Source: the human T2T-CHM13v2.0 reference genome, Homo sapiens. From it: a DNA stretch of 64,000 nucleotides. A program made the translations under genes and the position numbers. Location: NCBI RefSeq assembly GCF_009914755.1, contig NC_060933.1. One strand, given 5' to 3'. The stretch's first letter is position 1. Each line of letters starts with the position of its first letter. The notes under the pieces are model-generated. The model had not been told where the DNA came from. It made no database searches and worked only from the letters and a program-made list of their open reading frames with translations. Of the stretch, positions 27,901-43,200 are shown in pieces.

Positions 27901-30900
27901 ATTGCAATCGAATGGAATGGAATGGAATTAACCCGAATAGAATGGAATGGAATGGAATGGAACGGAACGGAACGGAATGGAATGGATTGGAATGGAATGG
28001 AATGGAATGGAATGGAACGGAAAGGAATGGAATGGAATGGAATGGAATGGAATGGAATCAACGCGAGTTCAGGGGAATGGAATGGAATGGAATGCAATGG
28101 AATGGAATCTTCCGGAATGGAATGGAATGGAATGGAATGGAATGGAATGGAATGGAATAAACCCGAGTGCAATGGAATGGAGTGGAATGGAATGGAATGG
28201 AATGGAACAACCCGAATGGAATGGAATGTAATGGAGAGTAAGGGAGTTGAATAGAATCAATCCGAATGTAATGGAAAGGAATGGAACGGAATGGAATTGA
28301 ATGGAATGGAATGGAATGGAATCAACCCGAGTGCAATGGAATGGAGAGGAATGGAATGGAATGGAATGGAAACTACCCGAATGGAATGGAATGTAATGGA
28401 GTGTAAGGGAATTGAATAGAATCAATCCGAATGTAATGGAATGGAATGGAACGGAATGGAATGGGATGGAATGGAATGGAATGGAATGGAATGCAACGGA
28501 ATGGAATCAACCCGAGTGCAATCGAATGGAATCCAATGGAATGGAATGCAATGGAATGGATTCAACTTGAATGGAATGGAAAGAATGGAATCAACACGAG
28601 TGGAAGGACAAGAATTGGAATGGAATGGAATGGAATCAACCCGAGTACAGGGGAATGGAATGGAATGGAATGCAATGGAATGGAATCATCCGAAATGGAA
28701 TGGAAAGGAATGGAATGGAATGGAATGGAATGGAATCAACTCGATTGCAATCGAATGGAATGGAATGGAATTAACCCGAATAGAATGGAATGGAATGGAA
28801 TGGAACGGAACGGAATGGAATGGAATGGAATAGAATGGAATGGAACGGAACGGAACGGAATGGATGGAATGGAATGGAATGGAATGGAATGGAATCAACG
28901 CGAGTGCAGGGGAATGGAATGGAATGGAATGCAATGGAATGGAATCTTCCGGAATGGAATGGAATGGAATGGAATGAAATGCAATGGATTCAACTCGATT
29001 GCAATGCAATGGAATAGAATGGAATGGAATGGAATGGAATGGAATGGAATTAACCCGTATAGAATGGAATGGAATGGAATGGAACGGAATGGAACGGAAT
29101 GGAATGGAATGGAATGGAATGGTATGGTATGGAATGGAATGGAATGGTACGGAATAGAATGGAATGGAACGAATTGTAATGGAATGGAATTGAATGGAAT
29201 GGAATGGAATGGAATGGAATCAACGCGAGTGCAGGGGAATGTAATGGAACGGAATGCAATCGAATGGAATCATCCGGAATGGAATGGAATGGAATGGAAT
29301 GGAATGGAATTAATCTGAATAGAATGGAATGGAATGGAATGGAACAGAATGGAACGGAATGGAATGGAATGGAATGGAATGGAATGGTATGGAATGGAAC
29401 GGAATGCTACGGAATAGAATGTTATGGAACGAATTGTAATGGAATGGAATTGAATGGAATGGAATGGAATGGAATGGAATGGAATCAACCCGACTGCAGG
29501 GGAATGGAATGGAATGGAATGCAATGGAATGGATTCAACTTGAATGGAATGGAAAGAATGGTATCAACACGAGTGGAATGGCATGGATTGGAATGGAATG
29601 GAATGGAATCAACCCGAGTACAGGGGAATGGAATGGAATGGAATGCAATGGAATGGAATCATCCGTAATGAAATGGAAAGGAATGGAATGGAATGGAATG
29701 GAATGGAATGGAATGGAATGGAATCAACTCGATTGCAATCGAATGGAATGGAATGGAATTAACCCGAATAGAATGGAATGGAATGGAATGGAACGGAACG
29801 GAACGGAATGGAATGGAATGGAATGGAATGGAACGGAAAGGAATGGAATGAAATGGAATGGAATGGAATGGAATGGAATCAAAGCGAGTGCAGGGGAATG
29901 GAATGGAATGGAATGCAATGGAATGGAATCTTCCGGAATGGAACGGAATGGAATGGAATGGAATGGAATGGAATGGAATGGAATAAACCCGAGTGCAATG
30001 GAATGGAGTGGAATGGAATGGAATGGAATGGAACAACCCGAATGGAATGGAATGTAATGGAGAGTAAGGGAGTTGAATAGAATCAATCCGAATGTAATGG
30101 AATGGAATGGAACGGAATGGAATTGAATGGAATGGAATGGAATGCAATGGAATGGAATCAACCCGAGTTCAATGGAATGGAGAGGAATGGAATGGAATTT
30201 AATGGAAACTACCCGAATGGAATGGAATGTAATGGAGTGTAAGGGAATTGAATAGAATCAATCCGAATGTAATGGAATGGAATGAAACGGAATGGAATGG
30301 AATGGAATGGAATGGATTGGAATGGAATTGAACGGAATGGAATGGAATGGAATGGAATGGATTGGAATGGAATGGAATGCAATGGAATGGAATCAACCCG
30401 AGTGCAATCGAATGGAATCGAATGGAAAAGAATGCAATGGAATGGATTCAACTTGAATGGAATGGAAAGAATGGAATCAACACGAGTGGAATGGCATGGA
30501 TTGGAATGGAATGGAATGGAATCAACCCGAGTACAGGGGAATGGAATGGAATGGAATGCAATGGAATGGAATCATCCGTAATGGAATGGAAAGGAATGGA
30601 ATTGAATGGAATGGAATGGAATGGAATGGAATGGAATCAACTCGATTGCAATCGAATGGAATGGAATGGAATTAACCCGAATAGAATGGAATGGAATGGA
30701 ATGGAATGGAACGGAACGGAATGGAATGGAATGGAATGGAATGGAATGGAACGGAAAGGAAGGGAATGGAATGGAATAGAATGGAATGGAATGGAATCAA
30801 CGCGAGTGCAGGGGAATGGAATGGAATGGAATGCAATGGAATGGAATCTTCCGGAATGGAATGGAATGGAATGGAATGGAATCAACCCGAGTGCAATGGA

Positions 30901-33004
30901 ATGGAGTGGAATGGAATGGAATGGAATGGAACAACCCGAAAGGAATGGAATGTAATGGAGAGTAAGGGAGTTGAATAGAATCAATCCGAATGTAATGGAA
31001 TGGAATGGAACGGAATGGAATTGAATGGAATGGAATGGAATGCAATGGAATGGAATCAACCCGAGTGCAATGGAATGGAGAGGAATGGAATGGAATTGAA
31101 TGGAAACTACCCGAATGGAATGGAATGTAATGGAGTGTAAGGGAATTAAATAGAATCAATTCGAATGTAATGGAATGGAATGGAATGGAATGGAATGGAA
31201 TGGAATGGAATAGAATGGAATGGAATGCAATGGAATGGAATCAACCCGAGTGCAATCGAATGGAATCGAATGGAATGGAATGCAATGGAATGGATTCAAC
31301 TTGAATGGAATGGAAAGAATGGAATCAACACGAGTGGAATGGCATGGATTGGAATGGAATGGAATGGAATCAACCCGAGTACAGGGGAATGGAATGGAAT
31401 GGAATGCAATGGAATGGAATCATCCGTAATGGAATGGAAAGGAATGGAATGGAATGGAATGGAATGGAATGGAATCAACTCGATTGCAATCGAATGGAAT
31501 GGAATGGAATTAACCCGAATAGAATGGAATGGAATGGAATGGAACGGAACGGAATGGAATGGAATGGAATAGAATGGAATGGAACGGAACAGAACGGAAT
31601 GGAATGGAATGGAATGGAATGGAATCAACGCGAGTGCAGGGGAATGGAATGGAATGGAATGCAATGGAATGGAATCTTCCGGAATGGAATGGAATGGAAT
31701 GGAATGGAATGGAATGGAATCAACTCGATTGCAATCGAATGGAATGGAATGGAATTAACCCGAATAGAATGGAATGGAATGGAATGGAACGGAACGTAAT
31801 GGAATGGAATGGAATGGAATGGAATGGAATGGAATGGAACGGAACGGAATGGAATGGAATGGAATGGAATGGAATGGAATCAACTCGAGTGCAGGGGAAT
31901 GGATTGCAATGGAATGCAATGGAATGGAATCTTCCGGAATGGAATGGAATGGAATGGAATGGAATGAAATGCAATGGGTTCAACTCGATTGCAATGGAAT
32001 GGAATAGAATGGAGTGGAATGGAATGGAATGGAATTAATTCGAATAGAATGGAATGGAATGTAATGGAACGGAATATAACGGAATGGAATGGAATGGAAT
32101 GGAATGGTATGGAATGGAATGGAATGGTACGGAATAGAATGGAATGGAACGAATTGTAATGGAATGGAATTGAATGGAATGGAATGGAATGGAATGGAAT
32201 CAACGCGAGTGCAGGGGAATGTAATGGAACGGAATGCAATGGAATGGAATCATCCGCAATGGAATGGAATGGAATGGAATGGAATGGAATCAACCCGAGT
32301 GCAATGGAATGGAGTGGAATGGACTGGAATGGAATGGAACAACCCGAATGGAATGGAATGTAATGGAGAGTAAGGGAGTTGAATAGAATCAATCCGAATG
32401 TAATAGAATGGAATGCAACGGAATGGAATGGAATGGAATGGAATGGAATGGAATGCAATGGAATTGAATCAACCCGAGTACAATGGAATGGAATGGAATG
32501 GAATGGAATGGAAGGGAATGGAATGGAATGGAATGATACGGAATAGAATGGAATGGAACGAAATGGAATGGAATGGAATGGAATGGAATGGAATGGAATG
32601 GAATGGAATCGTTCCGAGTGGAATAGGAGGGAATGTATTCGAGTGGAATGGAAAGGAATGGAATCAACCAGAGTGGAATGGAAGGGAATGGAATGGAATG
32701 GAAACTAATAGAATGGAATCAACCCGAGAGGAATGGAATGGAAAAGACTGGAATGGAATGGAATGGAAAGGAATCAACTCGATTGTAATGGAATGGAATG
32801 GAATGGAATGGAATTAACCCGAATAGAATGGAATGGAATGGAATGGAATGGAATGGAACGAAAAGGAAGGGAATGGAATGGAATAGAATGGAATGGAATG
32901 GAATCAACGCGAGTGCAGGGGAATGGAATGGAATGGAATGCAATGGAATGGAATCTTCCGGAATGGAATGGATTGGAATGGAATGGAATGGAATGGAATG
33001 GAAT
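24925..33004 (+). repeat. Unit A, copy 2 (8080 bp)
   Basis: Same marker order as copy 1 at offset ~8090 (20512->28602; ORF 20356..21228 ~ 28446..29318). Confidence 0.88.
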
Positions 33005-36000
33005 CAACCCGAGTGCAATGGAATGGAGTGGAATGTAATGGAATGGAATGGAACAACCCGAATGGAATGGAATGTAATGGAGAGTAAGGGAGTTGAATAG
33101 AATGAATCCGAATGTAATGGAATGGAATGGAACGGAATGGAATTGAATGGAATGGAATGGAATGCAATGGAATGGAATCAACCCGATGTCAATGGAATGG
33201 AATGGAATGGAATGGAATGGAATGGAATGGAATGGAATGATACGGAATAGAATGGAATGGAACGAAATGGAATGGAATGGAATGGAATGGAAGGGAATGG
33301 AATGGAATGGAATGGAATGGAATGGAATGATACGGAATAGAATGGAATGGAACGAAATGGAATGGAATGGAATGGAATGGAAGGGAATGGAATGGAATGG
33401 AATGATACGGAATAGAATGGAATGGAACGAAATGGAATGGAATGGAATGGAATGGAATGGAATGGAATGGAATGGAATCGTTACGAGTGGAATAGAAGGG
33501 AATGTATTCGAGTGGAATGGAAAGGAATGGAATCAACCAGAGTGGAATGGAAGGGAATGGAATGGAATGGAAACTAATAGAGTGGAATCAACCCGAGAGG
33601 AATGGAATGGAAAAGACTGGAATGGAATGGAATGGAATGGAATCAACTCGATTGTAATGGAATGGAATGGAATGGAAAGGAATTAACCCGAATAGAATGG
33701 AATAGAATGGAATGGAATGGAATGGAACGAAAAGGAAGGGAATGGAATGGAATAGAATGGAATGGAATGGAATCAACGCGAGTGCAGGGGAATGGAATGG
33801 AATGGAATGCAATGGAATGGAATCTTCCGGAATGGAATGGAATGGAATGGAATGGAATGGAATGGAATCAACCCGAGTGCAATGGAATGGAGTGGAATGG
33901 AATGGAATGGAATGGAACAACCCGAATGGAATGGAATGTAATGGAGAGTAAGGGAGTTGAATAGAATGAATCCGAATGTAATGGATTGGAATGGAACGGA
34001 ACGGAACGGAATGGAATGGAATGGAATGGAATGGAATGGAATCAACTCGAGTGCAGGGGAATGGATTGGAATGGAATGCAATGGAATGGAATCTTCCGGA
34101 ATGGAATGGAATGGAATGGAATGGAATGAAATGCAATGGGTTCAACTCGATTGCAATGGAATGGAATAGAATGGAATGGAATGGAATGGAATGGAATTAA
34201 TTCGAATAGAATGGAATGGAATGTAATGGAACGGAATGGAACGGAATGGAATGGAATGGAATGGAATGGTATGGAACGGCATGGAATGGTACGGAATAGA
34301 ATGGAATGGAACGAATTGTAATGGAATGGAATTGAATGGAATGGAATGGAATGGAATGGAATCAACGCGAGTGCAGGGGAATGTAATGGAACGGAATGCA
34401 ATGGAATGGAATCATCCGCAATGGAATGGAATGGAATGGAATGGAATGGAATCAACCCGAGTGCAATGGAATGGAGTGGAATGGAATGGAACGGAATGGA
34501 ACAACCCGAATGGAATGGAATGTAATGGAGAGTAAGGGAGTTGAATAGAATCAATCCGAATGTAATGGAATGGAATGCAACGGAATGGAATGGAATGGAA
34601 TGGAATGGAATGGAATGGAATGGAATGCAATGGAATTAACCCGAATAAAATGGAATGGAATGGAATGGAACGGAATGGAGTGGAATGGAATGGAATCAAC
34701 CCGAGTGCAGGGGAATCTAATGGAATGGAATGCAATGGAATGGTATCATCCGGAATGGAATGGAATGCAAAGCAATGGAATCAACTCGATTGCAATGGAA
34801 TGGAATGGAATGGAAGGGAATACATTGGAATCAACCCGAGTGGAATGGAATGGAAAGGACTGGAATGCAGTGGAATGGAATGGAATGGAATGGAATGGAA
34901 TCAACTCGATTGGAATGGAATGGAATGGAATGGAATGGAATTAACCCGAATACAATGGAATGGAATGGAATGGAACGGAACGGAACGGAATGGAATGGAA
35001 TGGAATGGAATGGAATGGAATGGAATCAACCCGACTGCAGGGGAATGGGATGGAATGGAAGGCAATGGAATGGATTCAACTTGAACGGAATGGAAAGAAT
35101 GGAATCAACACGAGTGGAATGGCATGGATTGGAATGGAATGGAATGGAATCAACCCGAGTACAGGGGAATGGAATGGAATGCAATGCAATGGAATGGAAT
35201 CATCCGTAATGGAATGGAAAGGAATGGAATGGAATGGAATGGAATGGAATGGAATGGAATGGAATCAACTCGATTGCAATCGAATGGAATGGAATGGAAT
35301 TAACCCGAATAGAATGGAATGGAATGGAATGGAACGGAACGGAACGGAATGGAACGGAACGGAGTGGAATGGAATGGAATGGAATTGTATGGAATGGAAT
35401 GGCATGGTACGGAATAGAATGGAATGGAAAGAATTGGAATGGAATGGAATCGTATGGAATGGAATGGAATGGAATGGAATCAACCCGAGTACAGGGGAAT
35501 GTAATGCAAAAGAATGCAATGGAATGGAACCATCCGGAATGGAATGGAATGGAATGGAATGGAATGGAATGGAATGGAATCAACCCGAGTGCAATGGAAT
35601 GGAGTGGAATGGAATGGAATGGAATGGAACAACCCGAATGGAATGGAATGTAATGGAGAGTAAGGGAGTTGAATAGAATCACTCCGAATGTAATGGAATG
35701 GAACAGAATGGAATGGAATGGAATGGAATGGAATGGAATGGAATGGAATGCAATGGAATGGAATCAACCCGAGTACAATGGAACGGAATGTAATGTAATG
35801 GAATGGAATGGAATGGAATGGAATGGAATGGAATGGAATGGAATCAACCCGAGTGCAATGGAATGGAGAGGAATGGAATGGAATGGAATGGAACTACCCG
35901 AATGGAATGGAATGTAATGGAGCGTAAGGGAATTGAATAGAATCAATCCGAATGGAATGGAATGGAATGGAACGGAATGTAATGGAATGGAATGAAATGG

Positions 36001-37223
36001 AATCAACCCGAGTGCAGGTGAATGGAATGGAATGGAATGCAATGGAATGGAATCATCCGGAATGGAATGGAATGGAATGCAATGGAATGGAATGGAATGG
36101 AATCAACCCGAGTGCAATGGAATGGAGTGAAATGGAATGGAATGGAATGGAAACAACCAGAATGGAGTGGAATATATTGGAGTGTAAGGTAATGGAATAG
36201 AATCAATATGAATGTAATGAAATGGAATGGAACGGAATGGAATGGAATGGAATGGAATGCAATGGAATGGAATCAACCCGAGTGCAATCGAATGGAATCG
36301 AATGGAATGGAATGCAATGGAATGGATTCAACTTGAATGGAAAGGAAAGAATGGAATCAACACGAGTGGAATGGCATGGATTGGAATGGAATGGAATGGA
36401 ATCAACCCGAGTACAGGGTAATGGAATGGAATGGAATGCAATAGAATGGAATCATCAGTAATGGAATGGAAAGGAATGGAAAGGACTGGAATGGAATGGA
36501 ATGGAATGGAATGGAATGGAATCAACTCGATTGCAATCGAATGGTATGGAATGGAATGGAATCAACTCGATTGCAATCGAATGGAATGGAATGGAATTAA
36601 CCCGAATAGAATGGAATGGAATGGTATGGAACGGAACGGAATGGAATGGAATGGAATGGAATGGAACGGAAAGGAATGGAATGGAATGGAATGGAATGGA
36701 ATGGAATGGAATGGAATGGAATCAACGCGCGTGCAGGGGAATGGAATGGAATCGAATGGAATGGAAAGGAATGGAATGGAATCAACCCGAGTGCAGGGGA
36801 ATGTAATGGAACGGAATGCAATGGAATGGAATCATCCGGAATGGAATGGAATGGAATCAACCCGAGTGCAATGGAATGGAGTGGAATGGAATGGAATGGA
36901 ATGGAACAACCCGAATGGAATGGAATGTAATGGAGAGTAAGGGAGTTGAAAAGAATCAATCCGAATGTAATGGAATGGAATGGAACGGAATGGAATGGAA
37001 TGGAATGGAATGCAATGGAATGGAATCAACCCGAGTACAATGGAATGGAATGGAATGGAATGGAATGGAATGGAATGGAATGCAATGGAATGGAAGCTTC
37101 CGGAATGGAATGGAATGGAATGGAATGGAATGCAATGGATTCAACTCGATTGCAATGGAATGGAATAGAATGGAATGGAATGGAATGGAATGGAATGGAA
37201 TGGAATGGAATTAAACCGAATAG
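33005..37223 (+). repeat. ~4.2 kb segment B, copy 1 (start of a third A copy, then rearranged A-tail pieces and more diverged modules)
   Basis: Private markers CAACCCGATGTCAAT (33179), triplicated GATACGGAATAG module, CGTTACGAG (33479), GGAATCTAATGG, CAACGCGCGT and GGAAGCTTCC (37092). Confidence 0.85.
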
Positions 37224-40200
37224 AATGGAATGGAAAGGAATGGAATGGAATGGAATGGAATGGAATGGAATGGAATGGAATCAACTCGATTGCAATCGAA
37301 TGGAATGGAATGGAATTAACCCGAATAGAATGGAATGGAATGGAATGGAACGGAACGGAATGGAATGGAATGGAATGGAATGGAATGGAACGGAACGGAA
37401 TGGAATGGAATGGAATGGAATGGAATGGAATGGAATGGAATCAACGCGAGTGCAGGGGAATGGAATGGAATGGAATGCAATGGAATGGAATCTTCCGGAA
37501 TGGAATGGAATGGAATGGAATGGAATGGAATGAAATGGATTCAACTCGATTGCAATGGAATGGAATAGAATGGAATGGAATGGAATGGAATGGAATTAAT
37601 CCGAATAGAATGGAATGGAATGGAATGGAACGGAATGGAACGGAATGGACTGGAATGGAATGGAATGGAATGGTATGGAATGGAATGGAATGGTACGGAA
37701 TAGAATGGAATGGAACGAATTGTAATGGAATGGAATTGAATGGAATGGAATGGAATGGAATGGAATCAACGCGAGTGCAGGGGAATGTAATGGAACGGAA
37801 TGCAATGGAATGGAATCATCCGGAATGGAATGGAATGGAATGGAATGGAATGGAATCAACCCGAGTGCAATGGAATGGAGTGGAATGGAATGGAATGGAA
37901 CAACCCGAATGGAATGGAATGAAATGGAGAGTAAGGGAGTTGAATAGAATCAATCCGAATGTAATGGAATGGAATGCAACGGAATGGAATGGAATGGAAT
38001 GGAATGGAATGCAATGGAATTGAATCAACCCGAGTACAATGGAATGGAATGGAATGGAATGGAATGGAATGGAATGGAATGGAATGGAATCGTTCCGAGT
38101 GGAATAGGAGGGAATGTATTCGAGTGGAATGGAAAGGAAAGGTATCAACCAGAGTGGAATGGAAGGGAATGGAATGGAATGGAAACTAATAGAATGGAAT
38201 CAACCCAAGTGGAATGGAATGGAAAGGACTGGAATGGAATGGAATGGAATGGAATCAACTCGATTGTAATGGAATGGAATGGAATGGAATGCAATGGAAT
38301 GGAATTAACCCGAATACAATGGAATGGAATGGAATGGAACGGAATGGAGTGGAATGGAATGGAATCAACCCGAGTGCAGGAGAATGGAATGGAATGGAAT
38401 GCAATGGAATGGAATCATCCGGAATGGAATGGAAAGGAATGGAATGCAAAGCAATGGAATCAACTCGATTGCAATGGAATTAAATGGAATGGAAAGGAAT
38501 ACATTGGAATCAACCCGAGTGGAATGGAATGGAAAGGACTGGAATGGAGTGGAATGGAATGGAATGGAATGGAATGGAATCAACTCGATTGGAATGGAAT
38601 GGAATGGAATGGAATGGAATTAACCCGAATAGAATGGAATGGAATGGAATGGAACGGAACGGAATGGAATGGAATGGAATGGAATGGAATGGATTAAACC
38701 CGAGTGCAATGGAATGGAGTGGAATGGAATGGAATGGAATGGAACAACCCGAATGGAATGGAATGTAATGGAGTGTAACGGAATTGAATAGAATCAATCC
38801 GAATGTAATGGAATGGAATGGAACGGAATGGAATGGAATGGAATGGAATGGAATGGAATCGAATGGAATGGAATGCAATGGAATGGAATCAACCCGAGTG
38901 CAATCGAATGGAATCGAATGGAATGGAATGCAATGGAATGGATTCAACTTGAATTTAATGGAAAGAATGGAATCAACACGAGTGGAATGCCATGGATTGG
39001 AATGGAATGGAATGGAATCAACCCGAGTACAGGGGAATGGAATGGAATGGAATGCAATGGAATGGAATCATCCGTAATGGAATGGAAAGGAATGGAATGG
39101 AATGGAATGGAATGGAATGGAATGGAATGGAATGGAATGGAATCAACTCGATTGCAATCGAATGGAATGGAATGGAATTAACCCGAATAGAATGGAATGG
39201 AATGGAATGGAACGGAACGGAATGGAATGGAATGGAATGGAACGGTACGGAATGGAATGAGATGGAATGGAATGGAATGGAATCAACGTGAGTGCAGGGG
39301 AATGGAATGGAATTAAATGCAATGGAATGGATTCAACTTGAATGGAATGGAAAGAATGGAATCAACACGAGTGGAATGGCATGGATTGGAATGGAATGGA
39401 ATGGAATCAACCCGAGTACATGGGAATGGAATGGAATGGAATGCAATGGAATGGAATCATCCGTAATGGAATGGAAAGGAATGGAATGGAATGGAATGGA
39501 ATGGAATAGAATGGAATGGAATCAACTCGATTGCAATCGAATGGAATGGAATGGAATTAACCCGAATAGAATGGAATGGAATGGAATGGAACGGAACGGA
39601 ACGGAATGGAATGGATTGGAATGGAATGGAATGGAATGGAATGGAACGGAAAGGAATGGAATGGAATGGAATGGAATGGAATGGAATCAACGCGAGTTCA
39701 GGGGAATGGAATGGAATGGAATGCAATGGAATGGAATCTTCCGGAATGGAATGGAATGGAATGGAATGGAATGGAATGGAATGGAATGGAATAAACCCGA
39801 GTGCAATGGAATGGAGTGGAATGGAATGGAATGGAATGGAACAACCCGAATGGAATGGAATGTAATGGAGAGTAAGGGAGTTGAATAGAATCAATCCGAA
39901 TGTAATGGAAAGGAATGGAACGGAATGGAATTGAATGGAATGGAATGGAATGGAATCAACCCGAGTGCAATGGAATGGAGAGGAATGGAATGGAATGGAA
40001 TGGAAACTACCCGAATGGAATGGAATGTAATGGAGTGTAAGGGAATTGAATAGAATCAATCCGAATGTAATGGAATGGAATGGAACGGAATGGAATGGGA
40101 TGGAATGGAATGGAATGGAATGGAATGCAACGGAATGGAATCAACCCGAGTGCAATCGAATGGAATCCAATGTAATGGAATGCAATGGAATGGATTCAAC

Positions 40201-43200
40201 TTGAATGGAATGGAAAGAATGGAATCAACACGAGTGGAAGGACAAGAATTGGAATGGAATGGAATGGAATCAACCCGAGTACAGGGGAATGGAATGGAAT
40301 GGAATGCAATGGAATGGAATCATCCGAAATGGAATGGAAAGGAATGGAATGGAATGGAATGGAATGGAATCAACTCGATTGCAATCGAATGGAATGGAAT
40401 GGAATTAACCCGAATAGAATGGAATGGAATGGAATGGAACGGAACGGAATGGAATGGAATGGAATAGAATGGAATGGAACGGAACGGAACGGAATGGATG
40501 GAATGGAATGGAATGGAATGGAATGGAATCAACGCGAGTCCAGGGGAATGGAATGGAATGGAATGCAATGGAATGGAATCTTCCGGAATGGAATGGAATG
40601 GAATGGAATGAAATGCAATGGATTCAACTCGATTGCAATGCAATGGAATAGAATGGAATGGAATGGAATGGAATGGAATGGAATTAACCCGAATAGAATG
40701 GAATGGAATGGAATGGAACGGAATGGAACGGAATGGAATGGAATGGAATGGAATGGTATGGTATGGAATGGAATGGAATGGTACGGAATAGAATGGAATG
40801 GAACGAATTGTAATGGAATGGAATTGAATGGAATGGAATGGAATGGAATGGAATCAACGCGAGTGCAGGGGAATGTAATGGAACGGAATGCAATCGAATG
40901 GAATCATCCGGAATGGAATGGAATGGAATGGAATGGAATGGAATTAATCTGAATAGAATGGAATGGAATGGAATGGAACAGAATGGAACGGAATGGAATG
41001 GAATGGAATGGAATGGAATGGAATGGTATGGAATGGAACGGAATGCTACGGAATAGAATGTTATGGAACGAATTGTAATGGAATGGAATTGAATGGAATG
41101 GAATGGAATGGAATGGAATGGAATCAACCCGACTGCAGGGGAATGGAATGGAATGGAATGCAATGGAATGGATTCAACTTGAATGGAATGGAAAGAATGG
41201 AATCAACACGAGTGGAATGGCATGGATTGGAATGGAATGGAATGGAATCAACCCGAGTACAGGGGAATGGAATGGAATGGAATGCAATGGAATGGAATCA
41301 TCCGTAATGAAATGGAAAGGAATGGAATGGAATGGAATGGAATGGAATGGAATGGAATGGAATCAACTCGATTGCAATCGAATGGAATGGAATGGAATTA
41401 ACCCGAATAGAATGGAATGGAATGGAATGGAACGGAACGGAACCGAATGGAATGGAATGGAAAGGAATGGAACGGAAAGGAATGGAATGAAATGGAATGG
41501 AATGGAATGGAATGGAATCAAAGCGAGTGCAGGGGAATGGAATGGAATGGAATGCAATGGAATGGAATCTTCCGGAATGGAACGGAATGGAATGGAATGG
41601 AATGGAATGGAATGGAATGGAATAAACCCGAGTGCAATGGAATGGAGTGGAATGGAATGGAATGGAATGGAACAACCCGAATGGAATGGAATGTAATGGA
41701 GAGTAAGGGAGTTGAATAGAATCAATCCGAATGTAATGGAATGGAATGGAACGGAATGGAATTGAATGGAATGGAATGGAATGCAATGGAATGGAATCAA
41801 CCCGAGTTCAATGGAATGGAGAGGAATGGAATGGAATTTAATGGAAACTACCCGAATGGAATGGAATGTAATGGAGTGTAAGGGAATTGAATAGAATCAA
41901 TCCGAATGTAATGGAATGGAATGAAACGGAATGGAATGGAATGGAATGGAATGGATTGGAATGGAATTGAACGGAATGGAATGGAATGGAATGGAATGGA
42001 TTGGAATGGAATGGAATGCAATGGAATGGAATCAACCCGAGTGCAATCGAATGGAATCGAATGGAAAAGAATGCAATGGAATGGATTCAACTTGAATGGA
42101 ATGGAAAGAATGGAATCAACACGAGTGGAATGGCATGGATTGGAATGGAATGGAATGGAATCAACCCGAGTACAGGGGAATGGAATGGAATGGAATGCAA
42201 TGGAATGGAATCATCCGTAATGGAATGGAAAGGAATGGAATTGAATGGAATGGAATGGAATGGAATGGAATGGAATCAACTCGATTGCAATCGAATGGAA
42301 TGGAATGGAATTAACCCGAATAGAATGGAATGGAATGGAATGGAATGGAACGGAACGGAATGGAATGGAATGGAATGGAATGGAATGGAATGGAACGGAA
42401 AGGAAGGGAATGGAATAGAATAGAATGGAATGGAATGGAATCAACGCGAGTGCAGGGGAATGGAATGGAATGGAATGCAATGGAATGGAATCTTCCGGAA
42501 TGGAATGGAATGGAATGGAATGGAATCAACCCGAGTGCAATGGAATGGAGTGGAATGGAATGGAATGGAATGGAACAACCCGAATGGAATGGAATGTAAT
42601 GGAGAGTAAGGGAGTTGAATAGAATCAATCCGAATGTAATGGAATGGAATGGAACGGAATGGAATTGAATGGAATGGAATGGAATGCAATGGAATGGAAT
42701 CAACCCGAGTGCAATGGAATGGAGAGGAATGGAATGGAATTGAATGGAAACTACCCGAATGGAATGGAATGTAATGGAGTGTAAGGGAATTGAATAGAAT
42801 CAATTCGAAAGTAATGGAATGGAATGGAATGGAATGGAATGGAATGGAATAGAATGGAATGGAATGCAATGGAATGGAATCAACCCGAGTGCAATCGAAT
42901 GGAATCGAATGGAATGGAATGCAATGGAATGGATTCAACTTGAATGGAATGGAAAGAATGGAATCAACACGAGTGGAATGGCATGGATTGGAATGGAATG
43001 GAATGGAATCAACCCGAGTACTGGGGAATGGAATGGAATGGAATGCAATGGAATGGAATCATCCGTAATGGAATGGAAAGGAATGGAATGGAATGGAATG
43101 GAATGGAATGGAATGGAATCAACTCGATTGCAATCGAATGGAATGGAATGGAATTAACCCGAATAGAATGGAATGGAATGGAATGGAACGGAACGGAATG

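Larger units (their letters stand above)
17345..37223 (+). repeat. ~19.88 kb super-unit (A-A-B), copy 1
   Basis: Marker offsets to copy 2: 17403->37282 (19879), 18207->38091 (19884), 26302->46146 (19844), 33479->53343 (19864), and AAGCTT 37094->56964 (19870). Confidence 0.9.
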
